From the sequence record PP712906.1: a stretch of 64,000 bases of DNA. One strand, given 5' to 3'. Numbering within the stretch: position 1 is the first letter of the stretch; each line of letters opens with the position of its first letter. The position numbers were made by a program, and so were the translations under genes. Shown one piece after another: positions 51,445 through 60,510 of the stretch. Under the pieces are notes generated by a model that worked only from the letters and a program-made list of their open reading frames with translations, was not told where the DNA came from and did not search any database.

Positions 51445-52320
51445 TTATTTAATCGGAGTTTGCACTGCGATTTTGTCAAGCATTTCGGTAGGTACGAATA
51501 CCTTGTTGTTTGATTTCGCAAGCTCACGTAGAGTTTTTTGCTCTTCTAGGAAGCGTACGTTGTTGTTCATCAGCTTGTCAGCAACCAGTTTCTTGGTTTC
51601 TGCTTCGTACAGTTCGATTTCGCGTTGACGTTTTGAAACTTCTTCACGAGTCGCAATCTGTAGCAGGTCAAGTTTACGTTGTGCTTTTACAGTATCTTCT
51701 TGCTGACGACGTTCAGCCGATGCTTCTTGTGCAGCAGTAATCGTTTTAGGGTAAACTACGTCAGTAACACCTACGACTTTAAGAATGAATGGCGTATCTT
51801 TCAGTTCTTGATTAAGACGCTGTTTCACGAACTGGTTAAGCTTTTCGCGGTTAGATGCGACTTCCGAAATGCTGTATTCAGCAATGATTGACGGAATAAT
51901 CGTGTTCAGTTTAGCTCGTGCATAACGAACGAACACATCTTGCTGTGAAATCACACCTAATTGATCAGTCTGCGATTTGAACGGCACCTTCGCAAAAACG
52001 AAGTTGTATTTCGCAGGATCGACCGCCATGGTCATTTCAACGTCGTACTTCAGCATTAGTTCGTCTTTCGGCATGAAAGTGTCAAACTTCATTTCGTAGA
52101 AGCTGTCAGATACATCAAGCAGTACTAGACGATCTGGGTAGCGCCATGCCCAATCAAGACGGAACTTAGATGGTTGACGTGGTTCTTGTGTCAAGTCGAA
52201 TCCGTCTTTAGTCTGAATCTTACCAACGAAGCCGGTTGGGATTTCAGCAGGAGTACCACAGCCAGTTAGTGCGAAGCCCAGTGCTGCTACTGAAAGAAGT
52301 TTAGCGATATTTTTAAACAT
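51445..52320 (-). CDS. SPFH/band 7 domain lipoprotein
   Basis: Lipobox LTG-C, IP.GFVG, VVYPKTI..A, C-terminal coiled coil. Confidence 0.85.
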   Translation of the reverse strand: MFKNIAKLLSVAALGFALTGCGTPAEIPTGFVGKIQTKDGFDLTQEPRQPSKFRLDWAWRYPDRLVLLDVSDSFYEMKFDTFMPKDELMLKYDVEMTMAVDPAKYNFVFAKVPFKSQTDQLGVISQQDVFVRYARAKLNTIIPSIIAEYSISEVASNREKLNQFVKQRLNQELKDTPFILKVVGVTDVVYPKTITAAQEASAERRQQEDTVKAQRKLDLLQIATREEVSKRQREIELYEAETKKLVADKLMNNNVRFLEEQKTLRELAKSNNKVFVPTEMLDKIAVQTPIK

Positions 52321-52352
52321 GTTTTGCTCTCTTAGTTAAGTTGACGATGTGA

Positions 52353-52466
52353 ATGATACGTTGTGTAGTTCAGCATGTCAAGTTGTTTTTCACAAATTTC
52401 TCATTTTGTTTGTGCGCTTCGTTGCGCTGAGGAGTACATAGTAGGCAAAACAAATACCCCTGTCAA
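52353..52466 (-). promoter_or_regulatory. tandem early promoters for the SPFH operon
   Basis: TTGACA-17-TACTAT (52466-52438) and TTGACA-17-TATCAT (52381-52353). Confidence 0.75.
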
Positions 52467-52474
52467 CACTTTTC

Positions 52475-52482
52475 TATAAATA
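52475..52482 (+). promoter_or_regulatory. late promoter
   Basis: TATAAATA upstream of gp25. Confidence 0.75.
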
Positions 52483-52505
52483 AATTTAAAATTCGGAGAA
52501 AATCT

Positions 52506-52925
52506 ATGGCAATTGCAGAGTTGAACACTCTAAAGCCAGGGAGTTACTACTTCAGTGACATCCCAGCAAATTTCGGCAAGAGTGTTGTAAACAATGACTT
52601 GAGCGCATCATATGACTTGAAAGCAATACAAGAATCAATCATCGGAATCGTGAGTACAAAGAAAGGCGAGCGACCTTTCAATCCCGAATTCGGATGTGAC
52701 ATCAGCAATCAGCTATTTGAAAATATTTCGCCTGCAAGTGCGTTTGCAATCAAATACAGTATTGAGAACGCGATTTCTAAATGGGAACCGCGTGTGGTGA
52801 TTCAAAAGATTGAAGTTCTACCGCTTTATGACAAGAACACATACGAAATTGTGGTTCAGTATCATCTACGCACCAACTTTGATCGACTGTTTGCGCTTAA
52901 AACAAGACTTGTGAATCGTCTTTAA
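52506..52925 (+). CDS. 25: baseplate wedge subunit
   Basis: AI..SI.GI.ST.KGERPF.P.FG, I..WEPRV. Confidence 0.93.
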   Translation: MAIAELNTLKPGSYYFSDIPANFGKSVVNNDLSASYDLKAIQESIIGIVSTKKGERPFNPEFGCDISNQLFENISPASAFAIKYSIENAISKWEPRVVIQKIEVLPLYDKNTYEIVVQYHLRTNFDRLFALKTRLVNRL

Positions 52926-53009
52926 TGAACAGCCCGCCATTGTGCGGGCTTTTTTGTGCATTAAATATAAGAAACGAAATTTACATAATTTTACCAACAG
53001 GGGAATAAC

Positions 53010-54968
53010 ATGACAACTAACTCGAATTTGCCTGTTAGTTCTGGCTCGTTTGAGACAATCAAACAAGACCTTATTCAATATCTGAAAGGTCAAGACGAGT
53101 TCAAGGATTACGACTTTAAAGGTAGTCGCCTGAACGTACTAACAGATTTGCTTGCATACAACACAATGTATCTTCAGCACTACTCGAATGCAGCACTATT
53201 CGAGGGATTTATTCGCACTGCACAGAAACACAGCAGTGTGGTTCAGCACGCTCAAGATATGGGTTATGCTCCAAGCTCTTTGTCGGCAGCAACACATACT
53301 ATCGGTATCAAAGCGTATCACGCTGAAAACCCAGTTGAGATCACATTAGGTACAGGTACTCGATTCAGCGCAGATGTTGATGGTGTTGATTACTACAGCT
53401 ACATCGTATGGGAACCTCATATTCTAATCGGTGCGAAACAAGACCCGCTTGATCCTGCGAGTCCCTTAGTGTATCAAGACCAGATTGATTTGGTTCAAGG
53501 AACACTAGGTCGCTATGAAACGATTTTCAGTGAAAGTGAGTCGATTACGATCAAAGACCCGGATTTAGACAGAAATTATGTTCGTGTGTTCGTAGATAAT
53601 GCAGAATGGACTAACTGGACTGACAAATCAATCGTGAACGTAACTGGTGGCTCGAATGTATTCTATCTTCGCGAAACAGTAGACGGGTACACTGAGGTTT
53701 ACTTCGGCGAGGGTGTTCTGACTGATTTTACCGAGAACGCAGGTGCATACAATCCCGGTTATATCGGTGGTTTGCGACCAATTGAAGGTCAGCGCATTCG
53801 TGTTCAATACGTGAAAACATCGGGACCGCTTGCGAACGGTTCACAACGTTTCACATGGGCAGATGACATCCCGAATTTCCAATTGGATGACAAGAACATC
53901 GACGACAATCCGAATAACGATGAGAACTTCGTGGGATCTATCGGCGGTGGCTATGCTGAAGGCACAGAACGTATTAGAGAACTCGCACCGATTTTCCGCG
54001 AGTCGCAACGTCGATGCGTGACTAAACTTGACTATGAAACGTTCGTTTCTCAGAAGTTCGGTAATATCGTTCAGGCTGTTCAAGCGTTCGGTAGCTCAGA
54101 TAAGCCGGGATATGTGTTCATTTCGATTAAGCCGAAAAGCGGATTGACTCTGCCTCAAGTCGCTCGTAACGACATCGAAGAATATCTGAAAGAATTCAAT
54201 ATTGTAACAGTAACACCTAAAGTTGTTGACCCTGATTACTTGTACATCAAGCACAATCTGAGAATCAACTACCGTACCGGTTCATTGGCTGAGGGTGCTG
54301 ACTATCTGAAAGCTCAGATCATCAATGCGATTTCAGATTACTACTACAACGAAGTTGAGATTTTCAACGCATCGTTTCACGTGTCAAAGATGTTGAGCTA
54401 CGTAGATGACGCACACCCGTCTATTCTAGGTTCACGCTGTGACATCAGCTTGATTCGCGAGTTGACCAACTTTGCACAAACTCCTATGAGTGGCTACAGT
54501 TTCTTGAACCCAATTACACCAGCAACTGTGAAGTCCGAAGACATCACGTTTACCCCGGGTAATTACAAAGTTCAAATGAGAACAACTGAAGCTCGTACTG
54601 CACCGACACAAGAAGATATTGGTACAATTTTATTGGGTCCATTTGCAGCAGGTGACATCACAGCGCCAGTTGACCCAGAGACTGGCTTGCCAACTGGCGC
54701 ATACACAGACAACGACTTTGATCGCGAAGTAATTGGCGGTCGCAGTCTATATTACCGTGTGGGTACAATTAACTACGCATCGGGCATGATGGATTATGAC
54801 TTCATCAACTTGGGTATCAACTCATCAGATTGGGATGTTACTGGCAACCTGATCGTGTCAGCAACGCCAACACGTGTGAATATATACACAGACGACGGTA
54901 GCTTGATTGTATACGAGAACGAGCTGCGTCCTCAATACACAGACATCGTCCTAGAGGGTATTTCTTAA
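53010..54968 (+). CDS. 6: baseplate wedge subunit
   Basis: FKDYDF.GSRLNVL.DLLAYNT.Y, Q.R.VT..DY, PG.V.I. Confidence 0.95.
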   Translation: MTTNSNLPVSSGSFETIKQDLIQYLKGQDEFKDYDFKGSRLNVLTDLLAYNTMYLQHYSNAALFEGFIRTAQKHSSVVQHAQDMGYAPSSLSAATHTIGIKAYHAENPVEITLGTGTRFSADVDGVDYYSYIVWEPHILIGAKQDPLDPASPLVYQDQIDLVQGTLGRYETIFSESESITIKDPDLDRNYVRVFVDNAEWTNWTDKSIVNVTGGSNVFYLRETVDGYTEVYFGEGVLTDFTENAGAYNPGYIGGLRPIEGQRIRVQYVKTSGPLANGSQRFTWADDIPNFQLDDKNIDDNPNNDENFVGSIGGGYAEGTERIRELAPIFRESQRRCVTKLDYETFVSQKFGNIVQAVQAFGSSDKPGYVFISIKPKSGLTLPQVARNDIEEYLKEFNIVTVTPKVVDPDYLYIKHNLRINYRTGSLAEGADYLKAQIINAISDYYYNEVEIFNASFHVSKMLSYVDDAHPSILGSRCDISLIRELTNFAQTPMSGYSFLNPITPATVKSEDITFTPGNYKVQMRTTEARTAPTQEDIGTILLGPFAAGDITAPVDPETGLPTGAYTDNDFDREVIGGRSLYYRVGTINYASGMMDYDFINLGINSSDWDVTGNLIVSATPTRVNIYTDDGSLIVYENELRPQYTDIVLEGIS

Positions 54969-57900
54969 TGGCAAATGTATTACAGGCACCGCCAATTATG
55001 GAAGTGTCGATTAACAAATTGACACGAAACTATGCTGAACTTTCGTGGACAACCGTGGGTGAGAATTTCCGTTATGAAATTCACGTGCGCTCGGCGGTCA
55101 GTGCTGAACTGCTTTTAACGCAGCCTTTCGCGCCGTTATACCCAAACCCGTTCACGGCTGAAACACGTCTGTTTACAAACATTAATGAATCAGTGCGCTA
55201 CTATCAGTGGCGCATTCGTTCAGTTTATCAAGGATTTAATCCAAGTGAATGGATTCAGTCAGACATCGGTTACACGTCTGAAACAAACGATTACGATATT
55301 GTTACGCAAGACGAATTCACTCCTGCTAGTTCGTTCATTGAAGCGCGTCTTAACAACGACAACGATCAGTATCTTAACAGCCGTAACCAGTTGCAAGCAA
55401 CCTTAGTAAGACCAGGGTTTGAATTTGACCCAAATATGTTCAATGCTGATTCAGCCGCGTATTGGTTCGTTACTAACCCGGGATTCAGCGCAAATTACGG
55501 GAAAGTTCCGTCAGTTTGTCAGAGCAACAGTCGAGTGATCCCGTCGGTGATCGACGATGTGATATATGCATTCGAGCGTTGGCAGCAAGTTTGTAAAGTA
55601 TCAAACGACGGCGGTAAAACATGGCAGACATACAAGGCAACCAACTCGCGTCTAGGTAGCCCTGTGTACGACTGTATCTGTAAGCAGTCTAACACGTTTA
55701 GTTATCTTCTAGGGTACGATTACCTTATTCAGGGCGTTTCGTCTACTGACATTGATTACTCGCACGATAACGGACTGGAATACTCACACGCTTCGGTTGA
55801 TCTTACGTTCGATAAACTAGACTTTGACTTGGGTTTTGGTTTTGATGTTGAGCGTTTCAAAGATCTTGCTATTTTACCACCACAAGTGCGTCATAAAGCA
55901 GATGCGTTCGGGGTTGATGATGTAATGACCGTTGTAACATACGGAAACACATACGTATGGCACAACAATAGAATCCCACGTATTTTCGACAACGTTCAAT
56001 CTGACCTATACGGTGAACGTATTTTCGAAACAGTAGGTGAGCTTGATAATGAGCCGGTCTATTTCGAAGCTCGTATTGTTCAGAACGATATTAGTCGCCC
56101 AGATTTCGACGAAAATACTGCCGATGTTTGCGTGAAAAAGATTCAGTACTTTGATGATCCTGAGCAAGGTCTTGATTATCAAGATGGTCACATGTATGCG
56201 CTGGTTATAGGTGAGTGGGAGCATGATAGTAACGGCAAACGAATCGGAACTTCTGATCCAAATGAGATTCGCGGTGTATATCGTCTGAATCGTACTGCGA
56301 TTATGAATGGTGACATCGTTGTGGGCTACTCAGGTCTATCTTGGGAGCGTGTATACGGGAACATTGCTGAAGAGCGTTTGCTGCTAAACGAACGTTCGGT
56401 TATTTCTCGCGATAACACTCATCTAATAGTTGGGCATGACTTGACAAAGAACTATGGTGAAGAAGGCAACCCTGCTTATGATAATCGTCAAGAATCTAGC
56501 GGCGCGCCTGGCAACTATCACTCAACTCCCGGTAGCAATTACGGCACAGTCGATGACCCGTACCTAGTTGCAGACAACGATGAAGTTGACGAAGCAGTTC
56601 GCATGTTTACTAAGCCGTTCTTTACGACTTATGTTAAGCCGATGACTCAGATTATCGCAACGAAAGACGGGAATACATGGGATTATAAGCCACAAGATTA
56701 CTACGGTTCAGCGCACTTTAACTGGATGCAGCGTGCAGAAACGCGAGATTGGAAATCGTGGGCAAACGAAATCATGTACTACAAGAAAGAGTCTATCTTC
56801 CGTCATGATTTTGCTGATCTTGATGATGTTCGTTGGAAAGAAACGTTCAACGAAGGCGAATACACATTTGAAGCACCGAACTTATCTATTTTCGGTTTCA
56901 ATGGGTATGCGGCAGGTGCAATCATTCACTCAAAGAATGATAACAAAGTGATTGGTTACTACAAGTTCCCTTATCGCGTTGACATCACCGCACCGATTCG
57001 TTGGTCGCGAGAGCGTCGTGTGATAACTGCTAGTCTGTCAAATTACACACCTGTAATCATCGAGCCGCCAGCAGAAGATCCAACGACTATGCTCGATCCT
57101 ACGTTGACGCCACTGATTTACAAAATGATGCCAGAAAACTACTTAGATGCAGACGGATTTTACAAGCAATTCGCGAAGCACTACTTGGATTTCATCAGTA
57201 AAGGCGACGGAACAGCGTATAATAACGTGTACAACTTGCTGAACAGCAAAAACCCGTTAGATGACCATTACACTGAATACTTGCACAAGCTTGTATACGA
57301 ACGAAATCGTATTCTTGAGCCTGAGAAACGCGACGCAGTTGTTAAGTTCTTCTTAGCACGCAGAGCAGACTTTTACAGCACGAAGGGTATTTTGGACTCG
57401 TACAAGTTTCTGTTCAAGTTACTGTACAACGAAGATGTTGAAGTTGAGATTGAATCGCTTAACACATTTGAGTATGCAATTGTGGTAAATTCAAATGATG
57501 TAACAGATGATATTGTCGGTCGACGTATCTACTCAGGTACAGGCAATGCGGATGTTACGTATATCGCTAGACATTACATTGAGGGTAAACGTTACTGGAA
57601 ATTGACGTTGAACAACTTAATCGGTGAATTGAACATCGGTGATGTGCTGTCAATCGACGGTCTTGATTTTACCGCTACTGCGATTACTCGCGTACAAGGT
57701 GAACGAATCGACTACGACTCAAACGAGTTCTTAGATCGAAGCAAGTCATACTACGTGATGAAATTGCGTTCTGAAATGCAATTGAGTCAGTACAAAGATG
57801 ATGTAATTCGATTTGTGCATCCAATTGGATTTGGGTTTTTGGGTATTACGCTACTAACTGTACTGATCAATCATGGTATCTCAGTAGAGCACCATGAAAC

Positions 57901-58465
57901 AATCGTTGATTCGTATCGTTTGATTAGATACGACAATGGTATCGGTCTAAACTTCACAGAAGAAACGTCATTACTTGACATGTATGAAGAGCGTGTTTAC
58001 AACTCGTTCGGTGAGCTTCAAGTGAAGCCGCATCCGTTAGCTCTTGAAAATCCGTTAGACCATGTGATTCATGATCGTATTCTGAACACGCAAGGCGTGA
58101 CAATCACAGAATACAACGACTACTGGCGTAATGATCGCGTAATCGCCCTTGACGAATCGGTTGCGATTGATGAGCAACGATATATAGAGACAGATACGGG
58201 TGATATTAACGACATTTGGGGTGGGAAACAGCGCGTGCTTAACCCGAATTACAACCCAACTGCGAAAATTCAACCAGCAGACGCGAACAACTCAGAGCAA
58301 TGGGGAATGACGCCGTACGAACGTGCGCCTGCATTCATGTTTGACTGGTCGACAGGGGCAACGAGTATTTCAGATATGTACGAGGATACTGACTACAGAC
58401 TGAAAGACAACGTAGGTAACCCATACGACCCAGAAACGCCGACTCAAAAACAAATAGGTGAATAA
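54968..58465 (+). CDS. 7: baseplate wedge initiator
   Basis: FY.TKG..DSYKFLFKLLYN, FVHP.GF; synteny. Confidence 0.88.
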   Translation: MANVLQAPPIMEVSINKLTRNYAELSWTTVGENFRYEIHVRSAVSAELLLTQPFAPLYPNPFTAETRLFTNINESVRYYQWRIRSVYQGFNPSEWIQSDIGYTSETNDYDIVTQDEFTPASSFIEARLNNDNDQYLNSRNQLQATLVRPGFEFDPNMFNADSAAYWFVTNPGFSANYGKVPSVCQSNSRVIPSVIDDVIYAFERWQQVCKVSNDGGKTWQTYKATNSRLGSPVYDCICKQSNTFSYLLGYDYLIQGVSSTDIDYSHDNGLEYSHASVDLTFDKLDFDLGFGFDVERFKDLAILPPQVRHKADAFGVDDVMTVVTYGNTYVWHNNRIPRIFDNVQSDLYGERIFETVGELDNEPVYFEARIVQNDISRPDFDENTADVCVKKIQYFDDPEQGLDYQDGHMYALVIGEWEHDSNGKRIGTSDPNEIRGVYRLNRTAIMNGDIVVGYSGLSWERVYGNIAEERLLLNERSVISRDNTHLIVGHDLTKNYGEEGNPAYDNRQESSGAPGNYHSTPGSNYGTVDDPYLVADNDEVDEAVRMFTKPFFTTYVKPMTQIIATKDGNTWDYKPQDYYGSAHFNWMQRAETRDWKSWANEIMYYKKESIFRHDFADLDDVRWKETFNEGEYTFEAPNLSIFGFNGYAAGAIIHSKNDNKVIGYYKFPYRVDITAPIRWSRERRVITASLSNYTPVIIEPPAEDPTTMLDPTLTPLIYKMMPENYLDADGFYKQFAKHYLDFISKGDGTAYNNVYNLLNSKNPLDDHYTEYLHKLVYERNRILEPEKRDAVVKFFLARRADFYSTKGILDSYKFLFKLLYNEDVEVEIESLNTFEYAIVVNSNDVTDDIVGRRIYSGTGNADVTYIARHYIEGKRYWKLTLNNLIGELNIGDVLSIDGLDFTATAITRVQGERIDYDSNEFLDRSKSYYVMKLRSEMQLSQYKDDVIRFVHPIGFGFLGITLLTVLINHGISVEHHETIVDSYRLIRYDNGIGLNFTEETSLLDMYEERVYNSFGELQVKPHPLALENPLDHVIHDRILNTQGVTITEYNDYWRNDRVIALDESVAIDEQRYIETDTGDINDIWGGKQRVLNPNYNPTAKIQPADANNSEQWGMTPYERAPAFMFDWSTGATSISDMYEDTDYRLKDNVGNPYDPETPTQKQIGE

Positions 58466-59489
58466 AGTGGCAAAAATTTACAGATCAACAATCACAACAG
58501 AATATCGAGTTAACAACTTGATGAACTTCTACGAAAACGTAGGTGATGAAGACGACAAGAACACAATTTACCTTATGTTCGGTCGTAATGAGCCTTGGTC
58601 AGACCGCGAAGATGAAATAAACTTCGCGCCACCTTACCCGAACGACAGCCCAGACGGAAAAGCCGACGTTTGGGCGCGTGCGCTCGGTCTGATCAAGATT
58701 CCAAAAGCACAGCTTCGCCCTGTTCTTCCTCGTAAGGACTGGGGCGACCCTGATTTGAATAACTCGCTTCGATTCACATTCGGTGATATTGTAACAGTTA
58801 ACACTATGCCGATCAATAGTCACCCAAGTGCATTGAACGGCTACATGGTTTATCGTTGCATAGACATCCCAGAAACAGACCCGAATAACACAAACATTCG
58901 CGGTACGTGTTCGATTGCGACAGTAACGAACAAAAATGACTGTGTAGCAGTCGGCGGGGAATGGAATGCACCATCATCACCAGGTAACCAAGAAAACATC
59001 CCACACGGCACAGGGAATGCTATCGAAACAGGTGATGGGTACGTATGGGAATATCTTTACACTATTCCACCGAGTGAAGTTCTTACGAACGTAACTCAAG
59101 AATACATCGTTTGCCCGTTCCCTGAAGACATTATCGCTGATCGTGTTGCATGGGGTCTAGGTCAGAACATCGTTTTCAATGAAAACTACGATGAGACGAT
59201 TTACAGTGTAGGCGCAGTGCAGTTGCGATTTCGAGCTAAACTAGCAGGTGCAGACTTCATTCACTTGTTTGGTCCCGGTAATCAGGGCTATCGCCAGATT
59301 TCGCTAGTTCAAAACCCGTTGCTGGTTCGAGAAGAAGGCGCAACGTCGGATACGAAAGCGACTGAAACACGTTATGACCCACACGAGATTCAAGCAGGGA
59401 CTGGTCAGATAATTTACATGGAAAATCGCCAGCCGATTCGTAAAACACTTGACCAAGTAGAAGAGTTCAACTTGATCTACAACTTCTAA
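58458..59489 (+). CDS. 8: baseplate wedge subunit
   Basis: PPYP.D, WGD, GDGY.WEYLYTI, G.RQI.L...P, IYMENR.PI. Confidence 0.93.
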   Translation: MNKVAKIYRSTITTEYRVNNLMNFYENVGDEDDKNTIYLMFGRNEPWSDREDEINFAPPYPNDSPDGKADVWARALGLIKIPKAQLRPVLPRKDWGDPDLNNSLRFTFGDIVTVNTMPINSHPSALNGYMVYRCIDIPETDPNNTNIRGTCSIATVTNKNDCVAVGGEWNAPSSPGNQENIPHGTGNAIETGDGYVWEYLYTIPPSEVLTNVTQEYIVCPFPEDIIADRVAWGLGQNIVFNENYDETIYSVGAVQLRFRAKLAGADFIHLFGPGNQGYRQISLVQNPLLVREEGATSDTKATETRYDPHEIQAGTGQIIYMENRQPIRKTLDQVEEFNLIYNF

Positions 59490-59544
59490 TAAATAAAGTA
59501 AACAACTCATTAGGCGCGTGTTCGCGCCTTTCTTGGAGATTAAG

Positions 59545-60501
59545 ATGGGACGACAAAGATTAGAAACTGGTACTGCGGGTTCGGTTGGTACTGGTGATAC
59601 AATTCACAACGGTGGTAATAAGCTGCGTGACAACTCTGACGAGTTCTACCACATTAACGCAGACTTTGAACTAACTGAAGCAGGTGAAAACTATATCCCT
59701 GCTTACAATGACACGTCGCCACGCCCTTTTGCAGGTGGCTATTGGCAGAGAATTCCGCCAAGCTCAACTGCGGGTGGTTCAGGTGGACCGAACAACACTA
59801 ACTTGCTAACATCAATCATTACTGGTGGCAAGTATGACATTGACACGTCAGCACTAGGCGGCGGGGCATCAATGACATTAAACTTGCCGAAAATCGGTAC
59901 AACAGCGGGCATGGCGAAGCGCGGTGAGAGAATTGAATTTCAAAACACGACTGCGACTCTAGACACAAACCCGATTGTTATCTCACCATCAGCAGGTGAT
60001 GCAATTGTTGGTGCGACTGAACTCAACGGCACACAAATCGTTCGTAACAATTACTGCCACATAATCTGTACAGTAATTGATGATGGTACTGGTCTAGCAG
60101 GCACACCTCAGTGGGGTATTAAAATCATCCCAATTTTAGGTGACTTCGGTGCGCCAGTTAACGACACGATTTACACAATCCCAGAGACAGTGACAGTCAC
60201 AATGCCGCTATTTGATACTTTATCGTATGCAGCGTGTAAGTTGATGGTTTACGCAGAAAACAGCGACCCAGCTCAGGGTGGTGCGGTTACTCGTCGTATG
60301 TCATCAGAATTGTTGCTGCTAAATAATGTAACAGACGTTTATATTGATGAATACTCAGTAATCAATACAGACAAAGATTTCGGTAACTTGGTTCTAATTG
60401 AACCGCGAGTTGATAACGGAACAATCGTTCTCGATATTACATCAAATGACGATAACGTGTCAATTTCAATCAAATCTATCGAAACAATCAGACTATCGTA
60501 A
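59545..60501 (+). CDS. 9: baseplate wedge tail fibre connector
   Basis: TGD....GG.K...N..E.Y N-terminus; synteny; AATAAATA late-like promoter at 59488. Confidence 0.8.
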   Translation: MGRQRLETGTAGSVGTGDTIHNGGNKLRDNSDEFYHINADFELTEAGENYIPAYNDTSPRPFAGGYWQRIPPSSTAGGSGGPNNTNLLTSIITGGKYDIDTSALGGGASMTLNLPKIGTTAGMAKRGERIEFQNTTATLDTNPIVISPSAGDAIVGATELNGTQIVRNNYCHIICTVIDDGTGLAGTPQWGIKIIPILGDFGAPVNDTIYTIPETVTVTMPLFDTLSYAACKLMVYAENSDPAQGGAVTRRMSSELLLLNNVTDVYIDEYSVINTDKDFGNLVLIEPRVDNGTIVLDITSNDDNVSISIKSIETIRLS

Positions 60502-60510
60502 GGGACAATA

